Assembly (NCBI GenBank): GCA_050246755.1
Contig: JBFWVL010000003.1
Coordinates: 32,001-96,000, forward strand
Length of the DNA stretch: 64,000 bases
Direction: 5' to 3'
Origin: Bacteriovoracia bacterium
GTDB taxonomy: Bacteria; Bdellovibrionota; UBA1018; CAIPTA01
Shown: positions 29,230 through 38,724 of the stretch, piece by piece
Position numbering within the stretch: position 1 is the stretch's first letter
Layout of the letters: each line of letters opens with the position of its first letter
Notes under the pieces: generated by a model
Database searches by the model: none
Seen by the model: only the letters and a program-made list of their open reading frames with translations
Told to the model about the DNA's origin: nothing
Program-made: the position numbers and the translations under genes

Positions 29230-30504
29230 CTAGCGTCCAATTATTTCCCGGCCATTAGCCAAAGTCGACAGTCGACCCAGTGCCCCATAGAGTTTCTCGA
29301 GAATTACGTTTTCTCGATTTGGGCTGCGGAAAAGATTCGCAAAGCAGAGAGGCTTAAAGTGAGCTCCGGGAGAATTCAAATTACTCTCCGCGTCGCGATT
29401 GGGATTCAGGCGCAAAAATCCCCCGATCGGATCGGTGCCCGCTAGATAAATCACTGGTTCCGCGGTTTCATCGTCTTCTTTCAGGTCGGTGGGAATGCCT
29501 TCCATGATGATCACGCTGGAAACCTGCACTCCGCCTTTGCCGACGTTCATTTTATTTTTATCGCGGCGATTTAGCGCGAGCAATTCTTGGCCCGAGCGGG
29601 CCGTCATGATGCTGCGGCCGTAGGTACCGGAATTATGCTTGATGAAAACGTGAGGATCTTTGGCGATCCCGCGGGCTTTGTAGTCGGCACGGATTTGGGA
29701 GAGCACTAAGTCGGCGCCTTCGGCGAGTTTTTCCATGCCGATTCCGTTATCGAAATCGAGGCCGTCTACCGAAGTGTAGCGGGTGGTGATGAGCCAGGGA
29801 TCGAAATCGAGCAGGTTGGCGAAACCGGTGGCGAGCTCCGTATAGTGGCGAAGGTGCTCGCTCTTGAGGCGGCGGTGCCAGCCGACGGAAGGGTCAGGGG
29901 CAAGCGTTTGCTCGATGCCTTCGAGCTCAGGCGGAACGCCCGAGGAGAGGTCATTATTGAGTAATACGAAATCGGTTTTGGTAAAGGGCACGCGCTCTGT
30001 GCGGAGGAGGTTTCCGGCGCGCAGGATACGTTCAAGCACGATGGTGCGGCCAGTGGCGGTTTTCACGGAGGTGCAGCCCTTGGGCAGGTTGGGTTCAAAG
30101 GCCGGATTTAGATGACCAAGCACCACTTCAAACTTCGCGAGGGAGAGGATCTCTTTCAGGGCCCAGAGGTTTTCGAAGTAAAATAAATTATTCGTATGGT
30201 TTTCGGCCACTACCAGCACGCGCTCGGGCCTAAGGCCGCGGTTCTGGGCGGTAAGGGTTTTTTCAAACGTAGCGGCGGCGAGCGCCCAATCGTCTACGCA
30301 GATATTATTATGGCCGCCGGGAAAGATATTGGAGTCCACCGGACTTACCTTGAAGCCGGAATCTCTTAGGTCGATACTCGTATAGGGGGGGGCAGGGGCC
30401 ATGCGCCCTTGTTCGGTGAACCATTTTTCTAGTTCTTCGTGCTTGGCAAAAATACGGTCTACTAGATCACAACGAAACTCGCGGGCGTTTTCACAGGGGT
30501 TCAC
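29230..30504 (-). CDS. gshA: Glutamate--cysteine ligase (ATP-grasp-type GshA)
   Basis: SIDLRDSGFKVSPVDSNIFPGG, ENHT.N.FY, LNNDLS.G, GW..R.KS.H, GTYG, NLNSPG. Confidence 0.85.
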   Translation of the reverse strand: MNPCENAREFRCDLVDRIFAKHEELEKWFTEQGRMAPAPPYTSIDLRDSGFKVSPVDSNIFPGGHNNICVDDWALAAATFEKTLTAQNRGLRPERVLVVAENHTNNLFYFENLWALKEILSLAKFEVVLGHLNPAFEPNLPKGCTSVKTATGRTIVLERILRAGNLLRTERVPFTKTDFVLLNNDLSSGVPPELEGIEQTLAPDPSVGWHRRLKSEHLRHYTELATGFANLLDFDPWLITTRYTSVDGLDFDNGIGMEKLAEGADLVLSQIRADYKARGIAKDPHVFIKHNSGTYGRSIMTARSGQELLALNRRDKNKMNVGKGGVQVSSVIIMEGIPTDLKEDDETAEPVIYLAGTDPIGGFLRLNPNRDAESNLNSPGAHFKPLCFANLFRSPNRENVILEKLYGALGRLSTLANGREIIGR

Positions 30505-30533
30505 GGGGATTCCTCAGAATTCTAGGTTCTGTT

Positions 30534-31631
30534 TTAAGATGGGCGCGATAAGGAAACAAGCAAGAGATCCACGCGCTTTCTGATTAACTCTAAGGGTGCC
30601 GAGCTAACGCCTCGATTTTTAAAGGATTTTATGTTTTTATCCAGTTCGGTTAAGAGTCGGTAGAGTTGCCCCTGCGCGGCGCGCTCCAGGGCTTGGCGGT
30701 TCTTCAGCGATTTCCCTTCGGCCGCTAAATACTGACGAAGCTTAGCGGCCAGGCCATCGATATTACGGTTGAGGGAGTTGGATACTTGAGGGGACCAAAT
30801 GCTTTCCCGGGAAAATACCTCGTTGCTGGCCAGGGTGATCGCTGCCCGCAGGCATTCGGTGAAGCCCTCTAGCCAATTTGCGTACAAGGTTTTGCTGCCC
30901 TTCCCAGCCGCGATCTTTTGCGGATTCATGGCCAAGCATTCCCGTTCGCTCACGAGCAGCGAAGTATAATAGTAGCGTCCCCACACGTCGCGCTCCGCTT
31001 CTTTCAAGATGGAACGATCTTCTCCGGAAGTGAGATCGAGGTATTGGGTGGCATCTTTCAGCTGACCCTTGGCGCCCATGGTTTCATTGTTTTCGATCAG
31101 CGCCCGCGCCCACAGGAGCTTGAGCAACGCGCGATTATTCTGGAAGAGCGTTACGTTTTCGGTTTCTGCGGCTAAGCCTAGGAGCCTGGGCCAATCGGAC
31201 AGCCGTTCGTAAATCAGGAGAAGCGCCATGCGGGCATCCTGGCTTTCCCGACGGGCCTTGCCCACCTGCAAAAACTTTTCGAGGTAGCCGGCGGCTTCCC
31301 GGTTATTGCCGCTATTGAAGTGGCTCATGCCAAGATAATAAGGAATGAGATCAAAGTCCGGTACGCTGGGGCCGGTTTTCTCCAACTGGCGAAATTGAGA
31401 AATGGCGCGAGGATAATCACCGGCTTCATAGCTTTGCACGGCCCACTCAAACTGGTTCGCACGAATGCGATTGTATGATCGTTCCCGCGTAGGACTACTC
31501 ACCGTTTCTTTACCCAAATCGGATTCCGGCGTGCCATTGAATATAGAGCAGGCGGGCAATACCGCAACAACGGCAAGAGCCAGGAGGCTATTCCAGGTAG
31601 CGCGCGAGCTGCAGAAGGGAAGGCAGGTCAT
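30534..31631 (-). CDS. TPR-containing lipoprotein
   Basis: Lipobox LPAC; TPR-like YEAGDY..AI..F, YYLGMSHF; start uncertain. Confidence 0.7.
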   Translation of the reverse strand: MTCLPFCSSRATWNSLLALAVVAVLPACSIFNGTPESDLGKETVSSPTRERSYNRIRANQFEWAVQSYEAGDYPRAISQFRQLEKTGPSVPDFDLIPYYLGMSHFNSGNNREAAGYLEKFLQVGKARRESQDARMALLLIYERLSDWPRLLGLAAETENVTLFQNNRALLKLLWARALIENNETMGAKGQLKDATQYLDLTSGEDRSILKEAERDVWGRYYYTSLLVSERECLAMNPQKIAAGKGSKTLYANWLEGFTECLRAAITLASNEVFSRESIWSPQVSNSLNRNIDGLAAKLRQYLAAEGKSLKNRQALERAAQGQLYRLLTELDKNIKSFKNRGVSSAPLELIRKRVDLLLVSLSRPS

Positions 31632-32667
31632 GTACGTCTTTTTCCAATTCCGGAACACGTAGTACCGGGCAAGTTTTGCCCGCTAGCTCCTTAACAAGTT
31701 TAAGGTTTTTTTCCTCTTCTTCCACCACAAAGCGCAAGCGCCGGTAGTTTTCGGCCACCACCTCCGGGGCGGAAGCAAGCCCGCGGGGACTTTCTTCGGG
31801 GGCTAAGTGGCTGAGGCTGCGGTTCACCACGAAGGCGAGGATATCGATGCCTTGTTTTTTCGCATCGGCGAGGAAAGGCTTTGCTTCCCCGCGGGAAATA
31901 TCCGAAGGGCTCGTGATAAAAAGCGCCCCGGCCTGTTTGCTCGTGAGCAGTTCCCGGATTTTTTCCTGCCGCGCCACGAAAGCCGATTTCACCTTTTGGA
32001 TATGCGGCGCTAATGCCACGAAATCACCGATTACGCCTTCGCCCGTGAGTTTTTCCAGCACGGAAAGTGCCACGCGGGCTCCTTTGGCGCGGAGTTTTTC
32101 GGCAAATCCCCGGGACTGCGGGTCCGTGAGAAACCAGGAAAAAATACGGTCGTCGAAGAACTTTGCGATCAAATCCGGGGCGTCGAGGAAATCGAGGGTG
32201 TGGCGGGCCGGGGGCGTGTCGAGCACCAATAAGTCAAATTCCCCCGAAGCGTCGAGCTTATAGAGCTTTTCCATCGCCAAGTAATCATGGGCGCCGCCGA
32301 AATTTCCGGCGATCACTTCGAAGAGCGAGCTTTCGGCGAACCGATTTTTCATTTCGGGCCCGCCTACCTCTTCCAGGAAGCGGTAGAACGTGTTTTCGGA
32401 ATCGAGCATCATCGCCGCGAGCGAGCCCTTCAGCTTTTCGCCCAGCGCCTTCTCGATGTATTTATTTAAATTCTGCGGCTCGGCGCTCAGCGTTTCGAGG
32501 CCGAGCGAAGTGGCTAAGCGTTTGGCGGGATCGATCGTGATCAAGCCCACCCGTTTGCCCGCTAACGCTCCACGCAGCGCGAGCGCCGCCGAGGTGGTGG
32601 TTTTTCCCACGCCCCCGGTGCCGCAGCAAACCACCATTTTCTTTCCGAGAATTTTCTGGAGGCTCAT
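31588..32667 (-). CDS. ArsA/Get3-family ATPase, subunit 2
   Basis: GTGGVGKTT, TIDPAKRLA, DTPP. Confidence 0.88.
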   Translation of the reverse strand: MSLQKILGKKMVVCCGTGGVGKTTTSAALALRGALAGKRVGLITIDPAKRLATSLGLETLSAEPQNLNKYIEKALGEKLKGSLAAMMLDSENTFYRFLEEVGGPEMKNRFAESSLFEVIAGNFGGAHDYLAMEKLYKLDASGEFDLLVLDTPPARHTLDFLDAPDLIAKFFDDRIFSWFLTDPQSRGFAEKLRAKGARVALSVLEKLTGEGVIGDFVALAPHIQKVKSAFVARQEKIRELLTSKQAGALFITSPSDISRGEAKPFLADAKKQGIDILAFVVNRSLSHLAPEESPRGLASAPEVVAENYRRLRFVVEEEEKNLKLVKELAGKTCPVLRVPELEKDVHDLPSLLQLARYLE

Positions 32668-33566
32668 CGTAGCTCCTCCGAAATACGCAGGTAAAGCGGC
32701 TCGGCATCGGGCTCGGGAAAGAAATAGGGAATTTCTTGATTCTGCTTGCTGAGTTCCTGAATCGATTCTCGCTCCCGCAAAGAGCGGGCTAGGGAATAGG
32801 CGTAGGCTTTCCATACCAGCGAATCTTTCTTTGGTGCTTCGAGCTCTTCCATTTTGGGAAACAGCTTATTCACGAACACAAAAGGCTTTACGAAGTTCTT
32901 ACCAATGATTTGTTCTGATTCGAGCGTTTCCTGGATCGACATTTCTTCCGGTAGGCTCACCAGGCCAATGCCGGTTTGAGCGGGATCGGCGAGAAAATCG
33001 GCCATCTTCGAAGCATCGCGGAAAATCGGGCCATTTCGCGTAATGCGGCGAAAATTGCCTGGAGCACTCAGCAATGAGATGGCGTGACCAGTGGCGGGCG
33101 CATCGAACACGATCGCGTCGTAACCCGCGCTTTTCTCCGGGTGAGTGAGCTCGTACCAAAGCTTTCCCACGGCCACGAGATCGGGAAGGCCGGGAACCAC
33201 TTCGAGGAAGGAGGCGGTAACGCTATTGCCAAGCAATACTCCGGCGAGCCCGCCCGTGGGCAATTTTAGATCCACATATTCGCCGAGGCAGCGCGAAGGA
33301 TCGAGTACCGAAACGAAGATCTTTTCTTTGGCTCCGGGAAGTTTGATTTCGGTAGGCTTATGGCCCAGTTCCTTTTTTCCGACTAGGCCGGGAAGCCGGG
33401 AAAAGGCTTTCTCGCGTCCGCGGCCTAACTCGACGAGCCAAATTTTTTTGCCTTCCGTTGCGAGGCGGTGCGCCAAAGCCAAGGAGAGCAGGGATTTTCC
33501 CGCGCCGCCCTTGCCGGTAACTATCAAAAGCTTTTTTTCCAAGAAATCCGAAAGCTTCGCGTCCAT
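32664..33566 (-). CDS. ArsA/Get3-family ATPase, subunit 1
   Basis: TGKGGAGKS, PGL, DAPATGH, LPEEM; ATGA-coupled to next gene. Confidence 0.88.
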   Translation of the reverse strand: MDAKLSDFLEKKLLIVTGKGGAGKSLLSLALAHRLATEGKKIWLVELGRGREKAFSRLPGLVGKKELGHKPTEIKLPGAKEKIFVSVLDPSRCLGEYVDLKLPTGGLAGVLLGNSVTASFLEVVPGLPDLVAVGKLWYELTHPEKSAGYDAIVFDAPATGHAISLLSAPGNFRRITRNGPIFRDASKMADFLADPAQTGIGLVSLPEEMSIQETLESEQIIGKNFVKPFVFVNKLFPKMEELEAPKKDSLVWKAYAYSLARSLRERESIQELSKQNQEIPYFFPEPDAEPLYLRISEELR

Positions 33567-33650
33567 TGCGAGCACTATAACGATCCGTGGATTTCTTGCA
33601 AACGCCGGAATCGTATGGCACAACTAAAAACGTCAATTTTCCCTGGTTAA

Positions 33651-33726
33651 GGGCGCGTAGCTCAGTTGGTAGAGCACCACAATGGCATTGTGGGGGTCAT
33701 CGGTTCGATCCCGTTCGCGTCCACCA
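33651..33726 (+). tRNA. tRNA-Ala(GGC)
   Basis: Acceptor stem GGGCGCG/CGCGTCC with G3:U70, anticodon stem CCACA/TGTGG with loop ATGGCAT, TTCGA loop, encoded ACCA. Confidence 0.97.
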
Positions 33727-33921
33727 ATTTAAAGATCCCAAATCACGTAGAAACCATTGAACTCAAAGGGGAGTGGGAAACCATCCCTGCAATGGGCCAG
33801 TCTAAATCTGGTCTGTTTCTTTCTGCGTATTACGCAAAAAAAACCAAAAACGATTTGAAAATGATTTGAACGGCAAACGCCGCAAGAGATCGGCTTAACC
33901 GATGGCCAAGCGCTTTACCGA

Positions 33922-33971
33922 CACTCAAAAATGGGGTACCCGCTCCCAAAATGGGAGCAGTTCGCTCCCAT
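33922..33971. promoter_or_regulatory. Inverted-repeat operator array
   Basis: Perfect GCTCCCA-AAA-TGGGAGC at 33942-33958 flanked by a degenerate copy and a half-site. Confidence 0.5.
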
Positions 33972-34011
33972 TTCTCTGTCCGTCCGCGTATCCGTGTGTA
34001 ATAAACACTCC

Positions 34012-34770
34012 ATGAGCAATGAAACACCAAGTTTTTCGGTCCGCTGGCTGGCCACCGAGCTTGAGCGACGCCAACAAGACAATCCTCGCCAGTCGTTGCG
34101 AGGGTATGCCAAGCAACTAGAGATTCCATCCGGGCGGCTATCGGAAATACTTTCCGGAAAAAGGGGGCTTAGCCAAAAGCTTGCGGTGAAGCTGGCCGGA
34201 CGGCTTGGGCTCTCACCCGAGCAAAAGTCCGCATTTTTGTCTCCTGGTAATTCGCTCCAAGGAAGTTCGGAGGAAGCACACCATTCATTGTCCGAAGATG
34301 CCTTTACAGCCATTTCCTGCTGGCAGCACTTCGCGTTACTTAGTCTAATGAACACTTACGACTTTCGTTCCGACTTGAAGTGGATTTCTCGCCGCCTTGG
34401 GTTAACGACAGTAGAGACACGAGCCACGATCGAGCGGCTCATTCGACTGGGACTGATACAGAAAGGTGCAAAGGGTTATTGTCGAACTCACCAAAAGTTA
34501 AAGACTACTAATGAGATTTCTTCGCCCGCCTTGAAAAAGTCGCACCGGCAATCGCTTGAGCAGGCTATTGGTCATATTGAAGCTACCCCCCTTGACGAGC
34601 GTGACATCACTTCGATGACTATGGCGATCGACCCAAAGAAAATCCCATTGGCCAAATCCCTTATCCGAGACTTTCGTTACCGGCTGGCAGAGGTGCTGGA
34701 GAGCGGGCGCCGCAAAGAAGTTTACAATCTGAACGTTCAACTTGTTCCCGTAACCAGGAGAAAAAAATGA
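34012..34770 (+). CDS. TIGR02147/DUF4423 family HTH protein
   Basis: NP..SLR.YAK.L....G.LSEIL.GKR HTH, W.H.A, ERDITSMT, VYNLNVQL.P. Confidence 0.88.
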   Translation: MSNETPSFSVRWLATELERRQQDNPRQSLRGYAKQLEIPSGRLSEILSGKRGLSQKLAVKLAGRLGLSPEQKSAFLSPGNSLQGSSEEAHHSLSEDAFTAISCWQHFALLSLMNTYDFRSDLKWISRRLGLTTVETRATIERLIRLGLIQKGAKGYCRTHQKLKTTNEISSPALKKSHRQSLEQAIGHIEATPLDERDITSMTMAIDPKKIPLAKSLIRDFRYRLAEVLESGRRKEVYNLNVQLVPVTRRKK

Positions 34771-35849
34771 AATACTTACTGATAATGACCTTGATTCTCG
34801 CCTTGCCAATTTGCGCTTTGGCGGAGGAGGGAGACGATCGCGGCAATGGCGGCGATGCCTACAGCCAAGAATTCATTTCGACCGCTCGTACTGTGGTTAA
34901 GCTTTTGCAGAGATTTCCTATAAAAGGTTTGGATTCGGACGGGATTTCTCGATTGATCGATCGCACGGTGGTTGGATCGAAAGAATCGTTACTTCTGCGG
35001 GGTACAGAGGTAGACGCAATTAATTATCCTGACGCCAACAAACCTCGAATCGAGGTGAGCCGGAGGGGATGGGACAGAATGCGGCACGATTTTCGTCGCA
35101 AGCGAATTATCGTATTGCATGAGTTTTTGTCCATCGCGGGAATTGATGATTCACATTACCAATATTCGGAGCTTCTTACCGACGCAGACGTTTGTGAACG
35201 CACGCCAGCTATTCGCCTATTGCTTGAAGCCCAACTAAAAAAATCTTGCACCCAGATCAGCTCGCGAGATCTGGAAAGTGTTACGTACCTAGACTTTCCC
35301 GCCCAACACTTGAACCGGCTCGAGCACGGTGATTTCGCAGGGCTAGTCCGGCTGCGCAGCGTGAGCTTGGGGAATAATAGTTTTACCTCACTGCCAGCCG
35401 ATCTATTTGAAGGGGCACCAAGCATCGAGGGACTCGGCATGGGGAGTTTTGTGGAAAACCTTGCCGATTGCTCATTCTTGCGGGAGCTTCGCTACCTGGC
35501 CACGATCAGCATCGGTAGTGCTGCTTCTCCTATAAGAAATGTTCCGGCCGGGTGCCTTGCGGAGGCGAATTTTGGGATGCTATTTCTTCGGATAGACGGA
35601 AATGACTTTGATCCCAACGGCTTGTTTGCGAATTTTACTCAGGAACATCGGCAGTTCGCTGTTACCTTCCAAGGAATTGGCTTTGAGAAGTTGCCTGTAA
35701 GCTTTTTGGCGGAACAGCGGCCGGCGTTACATCAAATCAACTTCGAGCTCTATACCTGGCGAAGGAACGACGAATTTTTATCCAGCGTGCAAAATGCCAC
35801 ACATTTGACCTGTGAGCCTCATCTGGGGGTGGAGATTCGCTGTGAGTAG
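34767..35849 (+). CDS. Secreted leucine-rich-repeat protein
   Basis: Signal peptide, GDDRGNGGD motif, LHE, LRR units (LRSVSLGNNSFTSLPADLFEG). Confidence 0.7.
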   Translation: MKYLLIMTLILALPICALAEEGDDRGNGGDAYSQEFISTARTVVKLLQRFPIKGLDSDGISRLIDRTVVGSKESLLLRGTEVDAINYPDANKPRIEVSRRGWDRMRHDFRRKRIIVLHEFLSIAGIDDSHYQYSELLTDADVCERTPAIRLLLEAQLKKSCTQISSRDLESVTYLDFPAQHLNRLEHGDFAGLVRLRSVSLGNNSFTSLPADLFEGAPSIEGLGMGSFVENLADCSFLRELRYLATISIGSAASPIRNVPAGCLAEANFGMLFLRIDGNDFDPNGLFANFTQEHRQFAVTFQGIGFEKLPVSFLAEQRPALHQINFELYTWRRNDEFLSSVQNATHLTCEPHLGVEIRCE

Positions 35850-35967
35850 TGATATTAAGGAAAATTTAGTGCTTTTGTCTGCTTGTCCAGATCGATGCAC
35901 TGTGGAACCTCAACAGAAATATACCTACGCAATGCTGAATTCCTTAGTTGCTTAGGGTGCTTAGTAT

Positions 35968-36434
35968 TCACAAGTGGCGCGCCTGCCGTTTTTCCTCTCG
36001 TGTTGGCTTATGGTAGAAGCTCGCTCGCGCGAGCCTCATTATTTCGCATCCTCTTTTAATCGAGCCAAATTCTCGGAGGTGATTACGGATGAATCTTCGT
36101 TTTTCTTCCGTAGTGAATGTTCCAAGGCTTTTTTTAACATCAGGTTCTCAAGGTAGAGGTCGGCGATCTCGAGCTTGAGATCCTTCATCTGTTGCTGGCC
36201 TCCCGATAGCTCATGCCATCTTCTACAACTTTCTTGGCTACCATCATTCGATATTCGGGTGAATGCTTTGGCTGGCGTCCTGGTGGGCGCTTGGGCTTCA
36301 CGTCTGGCGGGGTAAAGATCTCCATGGGTCGGTCCTTTTCTCGTGGGCCTGTGCCTATCACAGGGCCCCACACTAAGGCCAACCGCTGTTCAGAAGAGTT
36401 TTGGAACGGTGTCTAACCTAAGGGACTCAGTCTA
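35968..36434 (-). mobile_element. IS3-family remnant (left IR, internally deleted OrfA, first ~30 codons of OrfB)
   Basis: IS150/IS3-like end TAGACTGAGTCCCTTAGGTTAGACA at 36434-36410; OrfA HSPEYR..VAK and LENLMLKKA in two frames; OrfB start CEIMRLARASFYHK; no DDE domain. Confidence 0.75.
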
Positions 36435-36806
36435 ATTACGATAAAAATATTTCAGGGCGTGCGCGTAATAGAGCGGATCTTGAATAAGAGACCAAAAGTA
36501 GCGCCCACCAAAAAGGTGCCCAGAACGCCTGGATTGCGTGTGGATAATGCACGTGCTTGAGCTGAGGACGTTTTGCATGACCCTACTGATCGAAATCCGT
36601 GGGGTGGTCAGAAGCAGGTGAATGTGATTTGGCATCAGCACGAACGCGTGCACCTGAATTCCGTGCAAGACGGTTTGCAAGTAAAGTTCGCTCGTGAGCG
36701 TTTTCCAGGCAAAGTCGAGACCGCAAGGAAACTCTTCTCTATTATTCACCCTTGCGGCCACGTGATATGGGAAATTGGCAGATTGGATTAGGCGTTTGCG
36801 TGGCAT
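36432..36806 (-). pseudogene. Truncated Y1/REP-associated tyrosine transposase (RAYT)
   Basis: MPRK.R, YHV..R.NN, MPNHIHLL (HUH), GHLF.GRY; stops at KYFYRN where the IS3 end supplies TAG. Confidence 0.8.
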
Positions 36807-36982
36807 TGTCAGCTATTGCCTGCAACGACCGCGCCTGTTTCTACTAGTCATTCACGAGCTAAATCTCGACTCCGTATGCCCGCGCCGTTTCCTCTAAGTT
36901 CTGAATTTCCTTTTGATGCTTTTCTTTTGCTCACGAATGGACGCAGAGAAGCATGAGACTTGGCCGAGTTTTTGTTCGTTGC

Positions 36983-38047
36983 CTATTTCGCGCTCATCTC
37001 TTGAGAGTGGTCGTCTTCCTCTGCCGTCGCCGGCTCGGATTTTTTGATCGGCGCAAGATCATCCGGTTTCTCGTAAGGAAGGTCGCCGTCACAGCCGAAG
37101 ACATTCTTTTTTACCCAATCCGCGGTGCCTGCGGCCCGCTGCTTTCCGGCGAGATCGTTCCATAGCAAGCCGCCCTCGTTCGGGATGACAGGGCTGGCAT
37201 TGCGGGCCGAATCCATGAAGAGGGTTTGGATCAGGAGGCGATCTTCATTGTTCGTGTCCGATTTTTGTGTGAAATAGCGAACTTGTTCCGCGTTCAGGCT
37301 ATCGCTCCGGAGCATTACGAAAGAATACTCCATAGAAGTTTTAGCGGGACACGCGGGGAATTTCGTTTGCATGTAGTAATAGCCCAAAAGATCTACCTTT
37401 AGGATATCGCGGAACACGCTCTGTAATAGCGCTTGGCAAGGAGGCGCGAGCTTGTCTCCGCCGTTTTTAAAATAGGAAGCCGAATCCCCGTCGCACTTGA
37501 AGGAAGCGAGAATTTTTTTTGCGTCGGACTCGTCCAACAGGAAGACGCCCAGAATAGGATTGAGTACATCGAATACTTTGAGTCCTGCCGGTAATTTCAG
37601 CTGCAGCAAAACCCAATTCTTGCCGCCGTAGTTGCGGGTGATTACTGGGTCGGCCGCCAAGTAGAGTCCGGATCCGAAATAGTTTCCCGATTTTTTTCCA
37701 AATTTATCCCAGAAGATCTGGGAGCGCGATTTAAGGTAATCGAGATCCTCTTCTGCATTGTGGGCTTTCGTGAAATAGCTGTCATATTCGACGTGCGACC
37801 AGCTATACATCGCTAGCGGACGATTCGTGGTTCGAATGCGTTTTTGAAAATAAGTTACTACTGGGGTTATGTCGGTGCCGTTCAGCTCGTAGGTCTCGCC
37901 TTTAGCGGGCGAGGAAAACCAGCAGGCGAAAAATATACCGAGCAAAACCCAAAGGCCGTAGCGAGCCGGGCCGGTACGCGAGAACCGCCATGGCAGTCCG
38001 ATCAGCGTAAGAGAGGGATAGGTCCATGTATGAGCGAGGTTTCCCAT
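36983..38047 (-). CDS. Secreted protein with ADP-ribosyltransferase-like motif
   Basis: Signal-like segment ending PAKG; FGSGLYLAADP..T..YG..LLQLKLP. Confidence 0.55.
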   Translation of the reverse strand: MGNLAHTWTYPSLTLIGLPWRFSRTGPARYGLWVLLGIFFACWFSSPAKGETYELNGTDITPVVTYFQKRIRTTNRPLAMYSWSHVEYDSYFTKAHNAEEDLDYLKSRSQIFWDKFGKKSGNYFGSGLYLAADPVITRNYGGKNWVLLQLKLPAGLKVFDVLNPILGVFLLDESDAKKILASFKCDGDSASYFKNGGDKLAPPCQALLQSVFRDILKVDLLGYYYMQTKFPACPAKTSMEYSFVMLRSDSLNAEQVRYFTQKSDTNNEDRLLIQTLFMDSARNASPVIPNEGGLLWNDLAGKQRAAGTADWVKKNVFGCDGDLPYEKPDDLAPIKKSEPATAEEDDHSQEMSAK

Positions 38048-38054
38048 CTTAGAC

Positions 38055-38081
38055 AATTCGGCATTTTGGGAGATCTTCTTA
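38055..38081 (-). promoter_or_regulatory. Candidate sigma28 (FliA) promoter
   Basis: TAAG-N15-GCCGAATT, 7 nt before ATG 38047. Confidence 0.55.
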
Positions 38082-38249
38082 AGGAATCGCCTTCGAAAAA
38101 GGGATCTCGGTTTTCATAGGGGCCAAAACCGGCTTTGGGTAGCATAAAAGCTGTCAGCGGGTGTTCCAGAGGCCTTGAATTGCCCCCCAGGACTCCTTTA
38201 CTTTGCCGCCCGTCTTTGCCACCATTTTACAAATGGAGGATTTTTTATA

Positions 38250-38627
38250 ATGGGAAAAATTACGATCGCGGTGCGTATTCTCTTGGGTTTGATTTTTGTC
38301 GCTTCGGGAGTTGCGTTTTTTCTGAGCACGCCTCCCCCGATGGAAGGGCCCATCGCTGATTTCTTTAAGGGCATGGCGGCCACCGGGTACTTTTTTTATC
38401 TCCTCAAGGGCACCGAAATCGTGGCTGGATTGCTGCTGATCGCGGGAATGTTCGTTCCCCTGGCGCTTATCATGCTCGCGCCGGTGATCCTGAATATCTT
38501 CCTGGTGCACGCCTTCCTGATGCCTAGCGGATTGCCGCTCGCGATCGTACTATGCGTGCTCGAGATTTATCTGGCCTTCTTTTCAGAGCATAGCCCGAAG
38601 ATTAAGGCGCTTTTTCGCCGGGCTTAG
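38250..38627 (+). CDS. DoxX family membrane protein
   Basis: RILLGLIF..SG, EIVAGLLL, FVPLAL..LAPV..NI..H; GGAGG RBS. Confidence 0.85.
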   Translation: MGKITIAVRILLGLIFVASGVAFFLSTPPPMEGPIADFFKGMAATGYFFYLLKGTEIVAGLLLIAGMFVPLALIMLAPVILNIFLVHAFLMPSGLPLAIVLCVLEIYLAFFSEHSPKIKALFRRA

Positions 38628-38643
38628 CCAAACTCTTTCAGGT

Positions 38644-38684
38644 AAAAAAATCCGCGGTTCTCGAAAGAGATTCGCGGATTTTTT
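38644..38684. terminator. Bidirectional intrinsic terminator
   Basis: A7-TCCGCGGTTCTC-GAAA-GAGATTCGCGGA-T6 between convergent genes. Confidence 0.8.
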
Positions 38685-38724
38685 GTTTTAAGCCAAACGC
38701 TCCCCTCTGCGAAGGGGCGGGAAT

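Noticed and set aside
31588-33566. Arsenic resistance operon
   Set aside because: No arsR/B/C/D genes; the tandem single-domain architecture fits the non-Ars subfamily.
33666-33869. 67-aa ORF
   Set aside because: It starts inside the tRNA-Ala gene.
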